64,000 nt of DNA from the NCBI GenBank assembly GCA_035529595.1, contig DATKWK010000035.1, positions 177,067 through 241,066 on the forward strand, given 5' to 3'. This stretch comes from Candidatus Bathyarchaeia archaeon (GTDB lineage: Bacteria > Patescibacteriota > Microgenomatia > PFEM01 > JAFGMK01). A model generated the notes under the pieces. The model was not told where the DNA came from. It made no database searches and saw only the letters and a program-made list of their open reading frames with translations. The position numbers and the translations under genes were made by a program. Below, piece after piece: positions 19,789 to 30,566 of this stretch (the stretch's first letter is position 1; each line of letters opens with the position of its first letter).

Positions 19789-20607
19789 TTATAATGCTTT
19801 TCGCAGTTTAACCATCTTTTGCCCGCCGGCGATAACCGTATTTATCAGATAGTGCCTAAAAAGACCGTGATAGATTTTGCTGCTTTGCACCAGATAGCTG
19901 TTAACTTTTCCGGGTGTTTTTTTTCCACTTGCACCGTGACAGTGCACAAATTGCGCCTGGGGAAAGTAGTAAATTCTGAAACCGGCTTTTCTTAACCGCC
20001 GGCAATAATCAAGATCCTCAAAATACAGAAAAAACCGCTTGTCGAAAAGACCGACCTTTTCGGTGACCTGCTTGGGGATAAGCATCACCGCACCGACAAC
20101 AGCCTCAACAATGACCGGTTTATCACCATCCGGTAAATATTTTTGGAAAGCGCCTGACTGACCTAGCCAAAACTCTCTGACTGCTCCGCTAATTGTGGGC
20201 AGGTGGAACACCGAAGACTGGGGCGTACCATCCGGATTAAGAAGTCTGCCGCCGACAATCCCTACGGATTCTGTTTTTTCCGTAAATTTAATTAGACTGA
20301 CAATAGCGCCTTTTCGGCAAATAACATCGGAATTGAGAAGCAGAAGATATTTACCTTCGGCTTTCTTAATTCCTTGGTTAACTGCCTTGGAAAAGCCATA
20401 GTTCTTGGCCAATCCAATAAACTGATAGGCCAAATTTTCTTTCTGCCATTGTCTTAAAAATTCAGCACTGCCATCGGTAGAACCGTTATCGACAACAACT
20501 ACTTCCCAGCTACCTTTTAATCCCCAACAACCATGCTCAAGGCTGCCGAGACATTTTTCAAGAATATTCTTGGTATTGAAACTGACAATAATAATTGATA
20601 CTGTCAT
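19789..20607 (-). CDS. GT2, WbbL/rhamnosyltransferase-like
   Basis: VDNGSTDGS, NYGFSKAVNQG, LLNSD, FFLYFEDLDYC. Confidence 0.85.
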   Translation of the reverse strand: MTVSIIIVSFNTKNILEKCLGSLEHGCWGLKGSWEVVVVDNGSTDGSAEFLRQWQKENLAYQFIGLAKNYGFSKAVNQGIKKAEGKYLLLLNSDVICRKGAIVSLIKFTEKTESVGIVGGRLLNPDGTPQSSVFHLPTISGAVREFWLGQSGAFQKYLPDGDKPVIVEAVVGAVMLIPKQVTEKVGLFDKRFFLYFEDLDYCRRLRKAGFRIYYFPQAQFVHCHGASGKKTPGKVNSYLVQSSKIYHGLFRHYLINTVIAGGQKMVKLRKAL

Positions 20608-21494
20608 TCCCCGGCAAATAAGGTAAATATATCTTCATCGCTTAATTTTGTCTCATTCTTCTCTTGGAGACGGCGTGAAAATACCCTAGCTATATTTAGC
20701 AAAGCGGCCAAGATTACTTTCAAATAACCGGGATTTTTCACTAATCTCTTCACAAGAAACTTTCGGTGTTCATTAATCAGTTTTTTAGAGGTCATATTTT
20801 TCCAGATAAAAAACAGTTCATTACGTTGCTTAATTATATCAATATAGCCTTTGGAAAACCGGCTGACAGTTGACTGATGCTGATGGTGGACAATCGATCT
20901 CGGCTCCCATAAAATCTGGTAACCTCTTTTCCAAGCCCGGTAACAAAGATCAATGTCTTCCCAGTAAAAAGGATAATAGAGAGGGTCAAAGCCGCCAAGT
21001 TCCTGCCAAATTCTTTTTCGAAAGGCGGCGCTTCCGCCTGAAGCCCAAAAAGACGAATGCGTCTTTTTACTTTTTGGCCCCGGCACATGTTTTAAGAAAC
21101 CGTTTTCAAATATGCCTTTCGCCCAACTGAACTGAGGTTCATTAAAAGAAACGGCGAAAACACTTGGGTCTGAAAAATCATTAACCAACGGCCTCAGGAA
21201 GCCCTTTGTGGGAATGACATCATTATTAAGAAGCACGACAATATCCCCCCGGGTTTTCTTAACGCCTTCATTACAGGCATAAGCAAACCCGTAATTCTGA
21301 TTAAATCTTACTATACGAAGTGGTGGATTTTTCAGAACCATTTCCTGAAGATAATCTAGGCTTCCGTCAGTCGATCCATTATCGACAACAATTATTTCCG
21401 TATCCTTTCCAACTGACGTCAGGACTTTTAAAAAGTTTTTTTCAAGAAGCTTCTTACCATCCCAATTAGGAATAATTATCGAAAACTTAAGCAT
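20604..21494 (-). CDS. Glycosyltransferase family 2
   Basis: VDNGSTDGS, LLNND, YWEDIDLCYR. Likely start MLKF at 21494. Confidence 0.85.
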   Translation of the reverse strand: MLKFSIIIPNWDGKKLLEKNFLKVLTSVGKDTEIIVVDNGSTDGSLDYLQEMVLKNPPLRIVRFNQNYGFAYACNEGVKKTRGDIVVLLNNDVIPTKGFLRPLVNDFSDPSVFAVSFNEPQFSWAKGIFENGFLKHVPGPKSKKTHSSFWASGGSAAFRKRIWQELGGFDPLYYPFYWEDIDLCYRAWKRGYQILWEPRSIVHHQHQSTVSRFSKGYIDIIKQRNELFFIWKNMTSKKLINEHRKFLVKRLVKNPGYLKVILAALLNIARVFSRRLQEKNETKLSDEDIFTLFAGE

Positions 21495-21547
21495 TATATT
21501 TATAATAGCGCCTTCTTTCCAGGAAAACAATTTGTTAATATAATCGT

Positions 21548-23122
21548 ATGAATAAAAAAGTTATTCTCTTCTCCGTCTTTCTTGTTGCAATTTTACTCCG
21601 CTGTCTTTATTTCAAAGAAGCAATTACCTTTACTTATGACCAGGCACGCGATGCACTTCAAGCCATAGATATCTGGACAAATGATCCGGTTAAAATAATC
21701 GGGCCCCAAACCGACCTTAAAGGATTGTATCATGGCCCTTTGTATTGGTATTTGATTTCTCCTGTCTACTTTTTTACTAAAGAAAACGTCTGGATAGTTA
21801 AGTTTTTCCTTATACTCGCTAACACCGCTAATCTTTTTTTGATATACAGCCTCAGTTTCTCCCTTTTTAAAGACAAGAAAATCTCCTTCCTGGCAGCTTT
21901 TTTCTATGCAATATCCTTCGAAACAGTTCAATATGCCCGTTGGCTATCAAACCCTTCCCCGGCGATTATATCGACTACCATTTCTTTTTGGTCGCTTTGG
22001 AAATTGATGGAGAACAAAAAATGGGCTTTACCATTACTGCTCTTTTCCTGGGGCCTTTCCGTTCAGTTCGAGTTTTTCTTAATCTATCAAATCAGCATTT
22101 TTGTCTTTATCTGGTTACTGGCAAAAGGCACGAAACTGCCTAAATTAAATAACCGTTGGCTAATGGTTACTTTATTTTCGCTTATTGTACCTTTCATGTC
22201 TTTCCTAGTGGCCGAGATTAAATTTAAAGGCCAAGGATTACAGGCGCTGCTTCTTATCGGTAAAGGTCAGTCTTCGCTGGGAACCAATTTTAGTCGTTTA
22301 CTTTTGGGAACGGTCGATCGATTGGTATTGGTTTTTTTCCACAATCTCTGGGGAGTCAATATTTTTCTAGCAGGTTTAATGACATTAATTACACTTTACC
22401 TTGCTTGTCTCTTGATAACCCGACAAAAAAACTTAAAAAAACAGCTGATCTTACTGGTAATCTGGATAATTTCCCCAATGGCTCTAGATTTCTTTAAGGG
22501 AACTCAAAGCACTTTTGTCACTCTCGGCTCCGGTATCGGTAGTCTCATTTTATCGGCCTATTTAATAAGCTATTTTTTCGCCCGTTCTGGCCGGCGTTGG
22601 CTTTACTTCCTAATTATCGGTATTATAACCTTTGGCAACTTAAAACTAATTATCAGTCAAAATAGGTACGGAGAAACCTTATTTGCGGTCCAAGACAAAA
22701 TGAATTTAGGCGACCAGTTAAAGATAATTGATTGGATTTACGAAGAAAGCGATCAGCAACCTTTTCACCTCAATACAATCACCAATCCTCTTTTCATCAA
22801 TACAACCTGGGCATTTTTATTCAACTGGTACGGAAAAGGCCATTACGAATATATGCCGGTTTGGTGGGGCGAGACCCAAGTTGATGTTTTCGGCTCTGAG
22901 ATCAATTTCTCGCCGGAACAGAAAACTAAGCTGCATTTTTTAATCATCGAACCGGATCCGGGAATGTTCGGCGGTTACATTCAGGCTATCAGGCAATTGG
23001 AAGACAGCCGGTCACAAGTAGTCGCAGATAAACAGTTCGGCAATTTTTTAGTAGAAAAAAGAATAGTTACCAATCCAAGAATCTTTACTTCCCGCGACGT
23101 CTTCGATCTGCTGAGCAAGTAA
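21548..23122 (+). CDS. GT-C fold glycosyltransferase (ArnT/PMT-like)
   Basis: TYDQARD, IIGPQ..GLYHGPLYWY, RWLSNPS; paralog of 11590-13128. Confidence 0.75.
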   Translation: MNKKVILFSVFLVAILLRCLYFKEAITFTYDQARDALQAIDIWTNDPVKIIGPQTDLKGLYHGPLYWYLISPVYFFTKENVWIVKFFLILANTANLFLIYSLSFSLFKDKKISFLAAFFYAISFETVQYARWLSNPSPAIISTTISFWSLWKLMENKKWALPLLLFSWGLSVQFEFFLIYQISIFVFIWLLAKGTKLPKLNNRWLMVTLFSLIVPFMSFLVAEIKFKGQGLQALLLIGKGQSSLGTNFSRLLLGTVDRLVLVFFHNLWGVNIFLAGLMTLITLYLACLLITRQKNLKKQLILLVIWIISPMALDFFKGTQSTFVTLGSGIGSLILSAYLISYFFARSGRRWLYFLIIGIITFGNLKLIISQNRYGETLFAVQDKMNLGDQLKIIDWIYEESDQQPFHLNTITNPLFINTTWAFLFNWYGKGHYEYMPVWWGETQVDVFGSEINFSPEQKTKLHFLIIEPDPGMFGGYIQAIRQLEDSRSQVVADKQFGNFLVEKRIVTNPRIFTSRDVFDLLSK

Positions 23123-25466
23123 ACCCTATTCTTTGCCAGCACCAGGCAACAGTAAGAAGCAGCCAGACACCCAGACAACTTAAGATGGTACCTATTTGGA
23201 CCGATTCAGGCCGGTATAACAAGTCGACGCGATGCTTACCGGCAGGAACTATAATACCCCGAAAAGAGAAATTAGCTCTGTATGTTTCCGTTTCCTGGTT
23301 ATCGACAAAACTTCGCCACCCGGGATAAAAATTATCAGATACAAAAAGAATTCCGTCCCGATCAGTTTCAACTTCCAAAACAATCTCATTTTGCCAATAA
23401 GATTCTTGATTAATTAACACTATATCTTTTTTTCGGACCGGCAATCCGAAATCCCCTTCGATTTCTTTTTCTAAGATAACTTTCTCCAAAGGATCAAATT
23501 CTTCATCCCTCAACTGTTCTATAATCTCCCTTTCGTCTTTAATTACTTGATAATCGTGAACCAAAAAAACACGCGGAAGAGCCTGTTCATTCAGATAAAC
23601 TTTGGAACGACCGTAATCATAAACCGGTTCGAATCTATCTGCCGTTTCCCCCAGATACCAATCTTTATCCGCCAAAATATAGCGCACACCTAACAAATCA
23701 ACTAACGACGAAGAAAAATTATTAACCTTGACCCAACGACTGCCTACAGACAAGGAAGTAAAATCTGTTTCATTGACCTGATTTGCTAAAAGATTATATC
23801 GCCTGATCATCAGCGGTTCATAACCTTCAACAGAAGATAAATGGTAAGGAATAAACATCCCCTGCGGAATTAAACCGACAAAACGATCAATACCGATATT
23901 CTGTTTCAAATAATCGATTAGGTCGGTGTTTGGGAATAACCAATCTCTTTTACTGAAGCTATTATATTTCCAGCCGAACCGGAAAAGTTCAAAAATAAGA
24001 AGCAATATCAAAAACCCGGGCGCTATTTTTTTAATCCTCGGAAACCGATCCGTGATAAAAATAATTATCATGACAATAAAAAATGCGGCCGTCGGCAAAA
24101 TCATATTCCTTTGACTCACCTTTAAATGAGTAACCAGCTCTGTATTATTTATAACCTTAACCTCTTTAAAGACCCAAAACCACGATAATACCAGGCCAAT
24201 AAGCAGCCAGATAATGATTTTTCTCAATAAGATCAAATCCCGACTCTTGATAAATTCGTCAAATCCGAAAGCTGCCAGTACAGCCAGAAAGAAATCAGCC
24301 AAAAAAAAGGTGCGGCCTACTGAAGCAGCTGCCAATCCGGGAATCTTGAGAGCTTGTATAAGCAAACCGAAAGGCTTAAAAAGGACCAGCATAGAAAACA
24401 GTAAAAAAAGGCGGAAAAAGTTAACATGTCTTTTACTCAAGAAACCATATAGGGCAAAAACTAGTCCGCTGACACCGATAAAACCGGCAACCTCGTTATA
24501 GGGAAGACTTCCCCAGAAATTCTGAGTCGACGGATTGCCGTAAAAATCGGGAAAGAAAAAGAGAATTAAATGCCGTAATGCAATATAGCCCTGATCAAAA
24601 GATCTGGTTGTCACGTCTTCATTTCTGATAGAGTTACGCACTAACTCCCATCCCGGTACCAGTTGTATTCCTGATAAAAGGATGCCAAAAATAATAAAGG
24701 TTATAATTAAACCCATTGAATAAAAATTTCTTACTTTAAAAGTATTAGATAGGTTAAAAAAAAAGGCCACTAATAATAAGTAGATACTGACTTGAGGGTA
24801 ACCGGCGAGCAAAGAAAAGGCAACTGAGACTGCGCCTACTATGAACCAGCCTAAGTTTACTTTTCTGCTTAAACGATTCACTGCAAGAAGAATGAGAGGT
24901 AGCCAAAGACCGGCATGCCCGATAATTCCATACTCCAGCCAGACTAAATTGAAACCGGAATAAGCAAAAATAAGACTTCCAAAAACGGCAGCGGTTTTAG
25001 ATACATCCACACTTTTTAAAAAAAAATAAGAAAATAAAGATGCTAGAAGCGGCTGCAAAATAATATATATTGTCCAAGCATCAATATTCCGAAAAATAAA
25101 AAAAAGAAAATTGAACGGGTAAAAAACCGCGGACTGAAAATTAGCCAGTAGCGGTTGTCCCGCTAAGGCATGAGGAATCCAGAGCGGTAACTTACCAGCC
25201 TTTAAAAGCTCCATTCCGTAGATTCTCCACGGATAAATGATGGAAACTACATCGGAAAGAAGGCCATTCTTGAAAGGAACACCTGCCGGAAATCCGGGCC
25301 AAATATAATCCCGCCAAGGATAGTAAATGCCAACGATTAAATCAGCCGGTATCGGTACCAAATTATGCAATATCGTTTTAACAAAAAAAAGAGCTACCAA
25401 AAAAACAAGGAAAAAGACAAGAATAAAGTCTTTATGTCCGGCTAATTTTTTCAATAATTTTTTCAT
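23085..25466 (-). CDS. YfhO-family membrane protein (GT-C-like)
   Basis: PLWIP...GQPLLANFQ, LAGYPQ, DLLGVRYI, ALPRVFL, SDNFYPGWR, YRPES. Likely start MKKLLKK at 25466. Confidence 0.82.
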   Translation of the reverse strand: MKKLLKKLAGHKDFILVFFLVFLVALFFVKTILHNLVPIPADLIVGIYYPWRDYIWPGFPAGVPFKNGLLSDVVSIIYPWRIYGMELLKAGKLPLWIPHALAGQPLLANFQSAVFYPFNFLFFIFRNIDAWTIYIILQPLLASLFSYFFLKSVDVSKTAAVFGSLIFAYSGFNLVWLEYGIIGHAGLWLPLILLAVNRLSRKVNLGWFIVGAVSVAFSLLAGYPQVSIYLLLVAFFFNLSNTFKVRNFYSMGLIITFIIFGILLSGIQLVPGWELVRNSIRNEDVTTRSFDQGYIALRHLILFFFPDFYGNPSTQNFWGSLPYNEVAGFIGVSGLVFALYGFLSKRHVNFFRLFLLFSMLVLFKPFGLLIQALKIPGLAAASVGRTFFLADFFLAVLAAFGFDEFIKSRDLILLRKIIIWLLIGLVLSWFWVFKEVKVINNTELVTHLKVSQRNMILPTAAFFIVMIIIFITDRFPRIKKIAPGFLILLLIFELFRFGWKYNSFSKRDWLFPNTDLIDYLKQNIGIDRFVGLIPQGMFIPYHLSSVEGYEPLMIRRYNLLANQVNETDFTSLSVGSRWVKVNNFSSSLVDLLGVRYILADKDWYLGETADRFEPVYDYGRSKVYLNEQALPRVFLVHDYQVIKDEREIIEQLRDEEFDPLEKVILEKEIEGDFGLPVRKKDIVLINQESYWQNEIVLEVETDRDGILFVSDNFYPGWRSFVDNQETETYRANFSFRGIIVPAGKHRVDLLYRPESVQIGTILSCLGVWLLLTVAWCWQRIGFTCSADRRRRGK

Positions 25467-26502
25467 AACTTTTGCAGAATCTGTCCTTGGAGAACTTTTG
25501 GCTTTCGTATACGGCATTTTGAGATAATTTTTGCCATAAAATTTCATCTTCGATTAACTGCCGGGTAAATGTTTGAGCTTCATCAATATTATTCCAGAGG
25601 AAACCATTTCTGCCTGAATCAATTATCTCTTTCTGTCCTCCTTTACCGACAACTATCGGTACACAACCGGCAGCCATTGCTTCAACGGTAGTTATTCCAA
25701 AATGTTCGACTTGTTCCGGACTTTTTCCTTCGTCAATGCCATAACCGGTGGCTGACCAGAAGATTTTAGCTCGCCTATAAAGCTCGCTAATTTGGGTAAA
25801 AGAAACATTAGTCAGAACCTCTATCGGATACCCAAGACTGGCTTTTTTTAAATTTTCAACAAATTTTTTTCCTTCCTTGTCGTTACCGGCCAAAACCAAC
25901 TTCCAGGAATCTTTTCGAGACGCAATAAGTCTTATAAAAATATTTATCAGTACATCTTGTCTTTTGTTGTGTAAAAGGTCCGTGAAACGCCCAACCGATA
26001 AAATAATATTTGACTTTTTTCCCGGACTCAATTTATCAACCGTAACCGGCGGATATATAACTTGACTCTTAATAGAATACTGTTTATCAATAAATAACTT
26101 AGTAAAGTAAGAGTTTGAGATTATCTCATTAATAAATTTAAATTTGATCAGTTCGGCAAGCTTATTACGTCTTATGTTATGAAAGGGAACCTGAAAATGC
26201 AGGAAATTTTTTTTGGCAAAGAGAAAAGGAATACTACCGTCTGAAATAAAAAAAGATAAATCATATTTCCTCATTATTTCTATCTTTTTGAGTAATTTTA
26301 TTTCATTTGGGTTAATGTCTAATATTTTTACTCTTTCGGTGTCTATTGCAAAGATTTGCTGGGCTTTCTTGATCGTATTCATATCAGGCCATAAAATATC
26401 AACCTGCCAGTTCATATCCGTTAAATAGGAAGCCAGTGTCAGAAAGTATCTTTCTCCACCTCCCAGAGTATCAAGATAAGGATCAAATAAAACGGCTTTC
26501 AT
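25432..26502 (-). CDS. Glycosyltransferase family 4
   Basis: LGGGERY, SVGRF, KRQD, EHFGITTVEAM. Confidence 0.88.
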   Translation of the reverse strand: MKAVLFDPYLDTLGGGERYFLTLASYLTDMNWQVDILWPDMNTIKKAQQIFAIDTERVKILDINPNEIKLLKKIEIMRKYDLSFFISDGSIPFLFAKKNFLHFQVPFHNIRRNKLAELIKFKFINEIISNSYFTKLFIDKQYSIKSQVIYPPVTVDKLSPGKKSNIILSVGRFTDLLHNKRQDVLINIFIRLIASRKDSWKLVLAGNDKEGKKFVENLKKASLGYPIEVLTNVSFTQISELYRRAKIFWSATGYGIDEGKSPEQVEHFGITTVEAMAAGCVPIVVGKGGQKEIIDSGRNGFLWNNIDEAQTFTRQLIEDEILWQKLSQNAVYESQKFSKDRFCKSYEKIIEKISRT

Positions 26503-26508
26503 ATTTTG

Positions 26509-27270
26509 TTAAGCTTTGTTTTGCATTTCCCAAAGACGGGCATATATGATAAAAGTATTGCCGACTTCAAAAAGCGCATTAATCCAGCCTTCTGTCCCGT
26601 CACGCCAAGCTTGCTGAAGGACGATTCTCTTCCAAAACTTGGTTACCATCATGCGCAAAATCCGCCACCAGGCAACTCGTGGATGGTTTGATGCGAACAA
26701 CAATTCTGCTTCAATTACAGTCCAGTCAATTGTTTTTTCCATCATTGATGACAAGTCTCGGTGTGTCAGATGAATAAGCGGGTTTTTAAGTTTGCCGATT
26801 TTACCACTGATAACCGGCTGTTCATGAAGCTCGCCCACCCAACGGATTAAGTCTTGGCGATGGAAAAGCCGGATAACGTCATCGGGCCAAGCTCCACCGT
26901 AATGCATTTCTTTGCCCAGGTAAAAGTTCCGCCTGGAAATCGCATAAGCGGAAATTTTATTCTTAACAACTTTTTGAATCTCCTTTTTTAACAAAGGCGT
27001 CACCCGTTCATCGGCATCAAGATATAAGATCCAATTTTCTCCTGCCCTCTTCAATGCCTGATTCCGCCACTTGGAAAAATTGTAACCTCTAAATGGAACC
27101 TGAAATACTTTTACGCCCGTATCGCGAGCAACTTGAGCGGTTTTATCACTCGAGCCGGTATCAAAAACAATTATCTCTTCTGCCCAATTAACCGACTTTA
27201 AGGCATCAGCGATCATTGCCTCTTCATTTCTGACAATTATAATGACACTAAGTCCAATTTTATTATTCAT
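26509..27270 (-). CDS. GT2, WaaE/KdtX-like
   Basis: RNEE, DTGSSD, YLDADERVT, WPD, LHE. Confidence 0.85.
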   Translation of the reverse strand: MNNKIGLSVIIIVRNEEAMIADALKSVNWAEEIIVFDTGSSDKTAQVARDTGVKVFQVPFRGYNFSKWRNQALKRAGENWILYLDADERVTPLLKKEIQKVVKNKISAYAISRRNFYLGKEMHYGGAWPDDVIRLFHRQDLIRWVGELHEQPVISGKIGKLKNPLIHLTHRDLSSMMEKTIDWTVIEAELLFASNHPRVAWWRILRMMVTKFWKRIVLQQAWRDGTEGWINALFEVGNTFIIYARLWEMQNKA

Positions 27271-27309
27271 CTTCTTTGACAACGCTGGATGATTGTCGAT
27301 TTAACCCAA

Positions 27310-28224
27310 TTATAATCTTTCCGGCCAGCTGCCCCGACCGAATTTCCTGAGACAGAAATCTATGACCGCTTTTCTTTGCCAAGGACGCCCGAAAATTAAA
27401 AATTTCAATGATTGTTTAAATAGAGCGAATTTTGCCCGCCAAGGGGCGAAAGACCAGCCAAAAAGCAATTGGTTACGAACCATAAAATAATCCTGTAAAA
27501 CTCCCCCGATCTTACTTGAGGCAGCAACTTGATGCCAAACACGAGATGCCGGAACATAAAAAAGATCAAAACCGGCCCGAATTGCCCGCTGACAAAAATC
27601 GGCATCCTCATAATAGAGAAAGTAACGCTCGTCCAACAAACCAATCTGCTTAAAAACGTTACTCTTAATTAAAGTGGCACAAAAACTGGCAAATTCGATT
27701 TTTTTAATCCGATCGTATTGACCATGGTCAACTTCATCTACGCCGCGATGAGGAGTAGCGATATTAGCCCAATCAACTTCACCGCCGGCAAACCAAATAA
27801 CTTTACCACGATCTTTATTCCGGTAACGATCATGATGAAATTCGTAACCGGGTGCAAAATATATCTTTGGTGAAAATATTCCTCCCTGGCGATATTTTTC
27901 TGCTGCTTCAATTAAAGCAACTACAAAACCAGAATCTACCAAAGTATCATTATTAAGAAGTATCACGTAGTCGGCTTCAGCCTTGAGAGCATAACGAATA
28001 CCGATATTATTACCGGCTGAAAAACCCAAATTCTCACCGGTCATCATAAATTTTACCTGGCTAAATTCTGCCCTCAGCGATTCCATATTTTCCTGGGAAT
28101 TATTAACGACAACGATTGTTTCAATCAGATTATTAGCAGACTCAATTCTTTGCAGAGACTCAAGACATTTACCGGTTAAATCCAGTCCTTGATAATGGAT
28201 AATGATGATAAATATCTTTTTCAC
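27310..28224 (-). CDS. Glycosyltransferase family 2
   Basis: NLGFSAGNNIG, LLNNDT, YFLYYEDAD. Confidence 0.85.
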   Translation of the reverse strand: MKKIFIIIIHYQGLDLTGKCLESLQRIESANNLIETIVVVNNSQENMESLRAEFSQVKFMMTGENLGFSAGNNIGIRYALKAEADYVILLNNDTLVDSGFVVALIEAAEKYRQGGIFSPKIYFAPGYEFHHDRYRNKDRGKVIWFAGGEVDWANIATPHRGVDEVDHGQYDRIKKIEFASFCATLIKSNVFKQIGLLDERYFLYYEDADFCQRAIRAGFDLFYVPASRVWHQVAASSKIGGVLQDYFMVRNQLLFGWSFAPWRAKFALFKQSLKFLIFGRPWQRKAVIDFCLRKFGRGSWPERL

Positions 28225-30566
28225 AAATATTTATTTTTTTTAAAGACGAGTAATCTCTTCAGAACAAGCAAACCGATGGTCAAAAAACTGGTTATAGTGA
28301 TCATCAATCCCCGATAATAAGATTGTGGCCGAAAAACAAATTTAACTTGATGACTCCCCGGTAAAATATCAACGGCACGGAAAATATTTTCGTATTTTTT
28401 GATACTTTGAGGCCGACCGTCAACCAAGACTTCCCAGCCGGGATAAAATACATCAGTTAAAACTAATTGCGACGGTTTGTCCGCTTTGGTTGCTAAATCG
28501 ATCTCATTTGGATAATAATTGACAATTTCAACAGCAGTCCTTTCACCGTTATCATCTAAAAAAGCCCGTGGGAGAACGGTCCGGTTCTCATATATTTTAA
28601 CATTCTTAATTTCCTTAACCAACCTATATTGAGGAAAATTGCCGATTTCGTTTATGGTTGAGGTAAAATTGGCATCGACAAGAAAATATTTAACCCCGAG
28701 CAAATCTAACCGAAAATCAGTCAATGGCAAAGAATCTACTTCATTGACATTGATTCTGCCGGTATCCTGGCTCATAAAATGAGCGTAATCCGACAAGACG
28801 AGATCACCGTAACCCATCGGAGTCGCCAATTGATGAAACAAGCCCCAATTCGGCGGCAAACTTCTCAAACGACTCTTGAGTTCGGTAAAATTCACCTGCT
28901 CGTCCGGGGTAAAGACCGAAGGGGCAAAGGGCGGACGCAAAGAAATATTTTCCCAGTAAACATTAAGACCGGTAAACGGCCAATAACCGGTGCTGCTGAT
29001 AAAACGATGGTAACCGTCCCCGACAAATTCGGCCACCGGTTGCTGATCATTGAGAACCGATGCTTTTATTGAAAAATAATTATTGCGGTTAAAGAGAAAC
29101 AGTTGATAAATAATAAGTAGAAAAATAATTACTCGAAAAAGCTTACTTCCTATTATTTTTCGCTGATACAGATATAGGCTGAGAAGAAAGCCGGTCAAAA
29201 TCGAGGAAGTAAGCAAGAGATGACTAACCAAAGCCTCAAAAATTGTCCGGTCAACATTAAAATTGTGAAACAGGCTTGTTTGAAGAGGTACTTTTCTGTA
29301 CCACCAATATACCTTTTCCAGCCAAGGGTAAAAAAGAACAAAAAGATTTTCCCTGATTAATAAAATTAAACCGAGAATTACGGTTGATATAAAACAGCCA
29401 ATAAGAAAACCATAAACCAATCGCCGAAGCTTATTTTTTTTGATTAAAGAATCAAAAGCAAGCCAACTGAAAGCGACTAAGACAGAAGCGGAAAAGTTAG
29501 TCACCAGTAAAATTTGCGTTGGCGACCGAAAGAGATTAAAGCCGGGGATAATTCTGCAAATCAGGCCATAAAGAGGCGTATACTTTCCCATTGCCAAAAC
29601 AATGCTAGTCAAAAATACTATGCTGAAAAAAATCACCGGAAAGTTTTTTTTAATTTTTGGTAAAGCCGTAAAAAGAATAAAAAGAGGAACTATACCGAAA
29701 TAGCCGGTATTATCAGCTACTAAACGATAAGCCGGTCCCCACGAGAAGCCTTTAACGGCCGCCCCGAAAAAAGAGGGAAAGAAAAATCGTATTAATAACA
29801 AAGGGTGCATCGACCAGGCAGTCAAATAGGAAAAATCTCCCGCTGGCCTGGTGGAACGATTGACTAACTCCATAAAGGGTAATAGTACAAAGGCCCCAAG
29901 ACCAAGAAAAAAACCTAAAAAAACTAAACCCCGTTTAACTTTTGCCGTAAAAGAAAGCCGGGGATAAAAAAAGAAATATAAAAACAAAAGGGTTAAAGTG
30001 TAAAAAGTCGGCTGTGGATGGCCGGAAACCAGCTGAAGTGAAGCGAATACAGCCAGAATGATCGGCCAAAACCCAGTTGCTTTGGATAAGACTTGCTCCC
30101 CCGCCAAAAAAATTAAAGGCAAGAAATAAGCACTGGATAATAATGAAATATTGTTAATAAAAGTCATCATTGTTGCTGAGAAGGCAAAAACAACTGCCCC
30201 TAAAGTAGCTGCAAATTCACCAACTTGCCATTTCTTCAGCAGTAAATAAGTAAAAACAGCCGCCAGAAAAACTTCCGTAATTGCCAGGCTTGTAAGAGCC
30301 CAGAGTGGGGGCAGAAAGAAAAAGAAAAAGTTTAACGGATTAAAAATCCCCAGACCAAAATCGCCAATCAGCGGAACCCCGGCAAAAAGATACGGGTTCC
30401 AGAGAGGCAGCCGGCCTTCTTTTAGTTGTCGGGTAAAAAAAGTAACAACAGGTAAGAAGAGGGAAAGGTTGTCGCCGAAATAAAAAACCTCACCTAAAAA
30501 AATATTTCTGAAAAAAAAGATTGTTACCAGTGTCAGTAAAAGAAATATTGGTTTAAACTTTCTCAT
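28221..30566 (-). CDS. YfhO-family membrane protein (GT-C-like)
   Basis: YFGD, PLWNPYLFAGVP, SGHPQ, DLLGVKYF, VLPRAFL, DVFYPGWE, FRPQS. Confidence 0.82.
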   Translation of the reverse strand: MRKFKPIFLLLTLVTIFFFRNIFLGEVFYFGDNLSLFLPVVTFFTRQLKEGRLPLWNPYLFAGVPLIGDFGLGIFNPLNFFFFFLPPLWALTSLAITEVFLAAVFTYLLLKKWQVGEFAATLGAVVFAFSATMMTFINNISLLSSAYFLPLIFLAGEQVLSKATGFWPIILAVFASLQLVSGHPQPTFYTLTLLFLYFFFYPRLSFTAKVKRGLVFLGFFLGLGAFVLLPFMELVNRSTRPAGDFSYLTAWSMHPLLLIRFFFPSFFGAAVKGFSWGPAYRLVADNTGYFGIVPLFILFTALPKIKKNFPVIFFSIVFLTSIVLAMGKYTPLYGLICRIIPGFNLFRSPTQILLVTNFSASVLVAFSWLAFDSLIKKNKLRRLVYGFLIGCFISTVILGLILLIRENLFVLFYPWLEKVYWWYRKVPLQTSLFHNFNVDRTIFEALVSHLLLTSSILTGFLLSLYLYQRKIIGSKLFRVIIFLLIIYQLFLFNRNNYFSIKASVLNDQQPVAEFVGDGYHRFISSTGYWPFTGLNVYWENISLRPPFAPSVFTPDEQVNFTELKSRLRSLPPNWGLFHQLATPMGYGDLVLSDYAHFMSQDTGRINVNEVDSLPLTDFRLDLLGVKYFLVDANFTSTINEIGNFPQYRLVKEIKNVKIYENRTVLPRAFLDDNGERTAVEIVNYYPNEIDLATKADKPSQLVLTDVFYPGWEVLVDGRPQSIKKYENIFRAVDILPGSHQVKFVFRPQSYYRGLMITITSFLTIGLLVLKRLLVFKKNKYL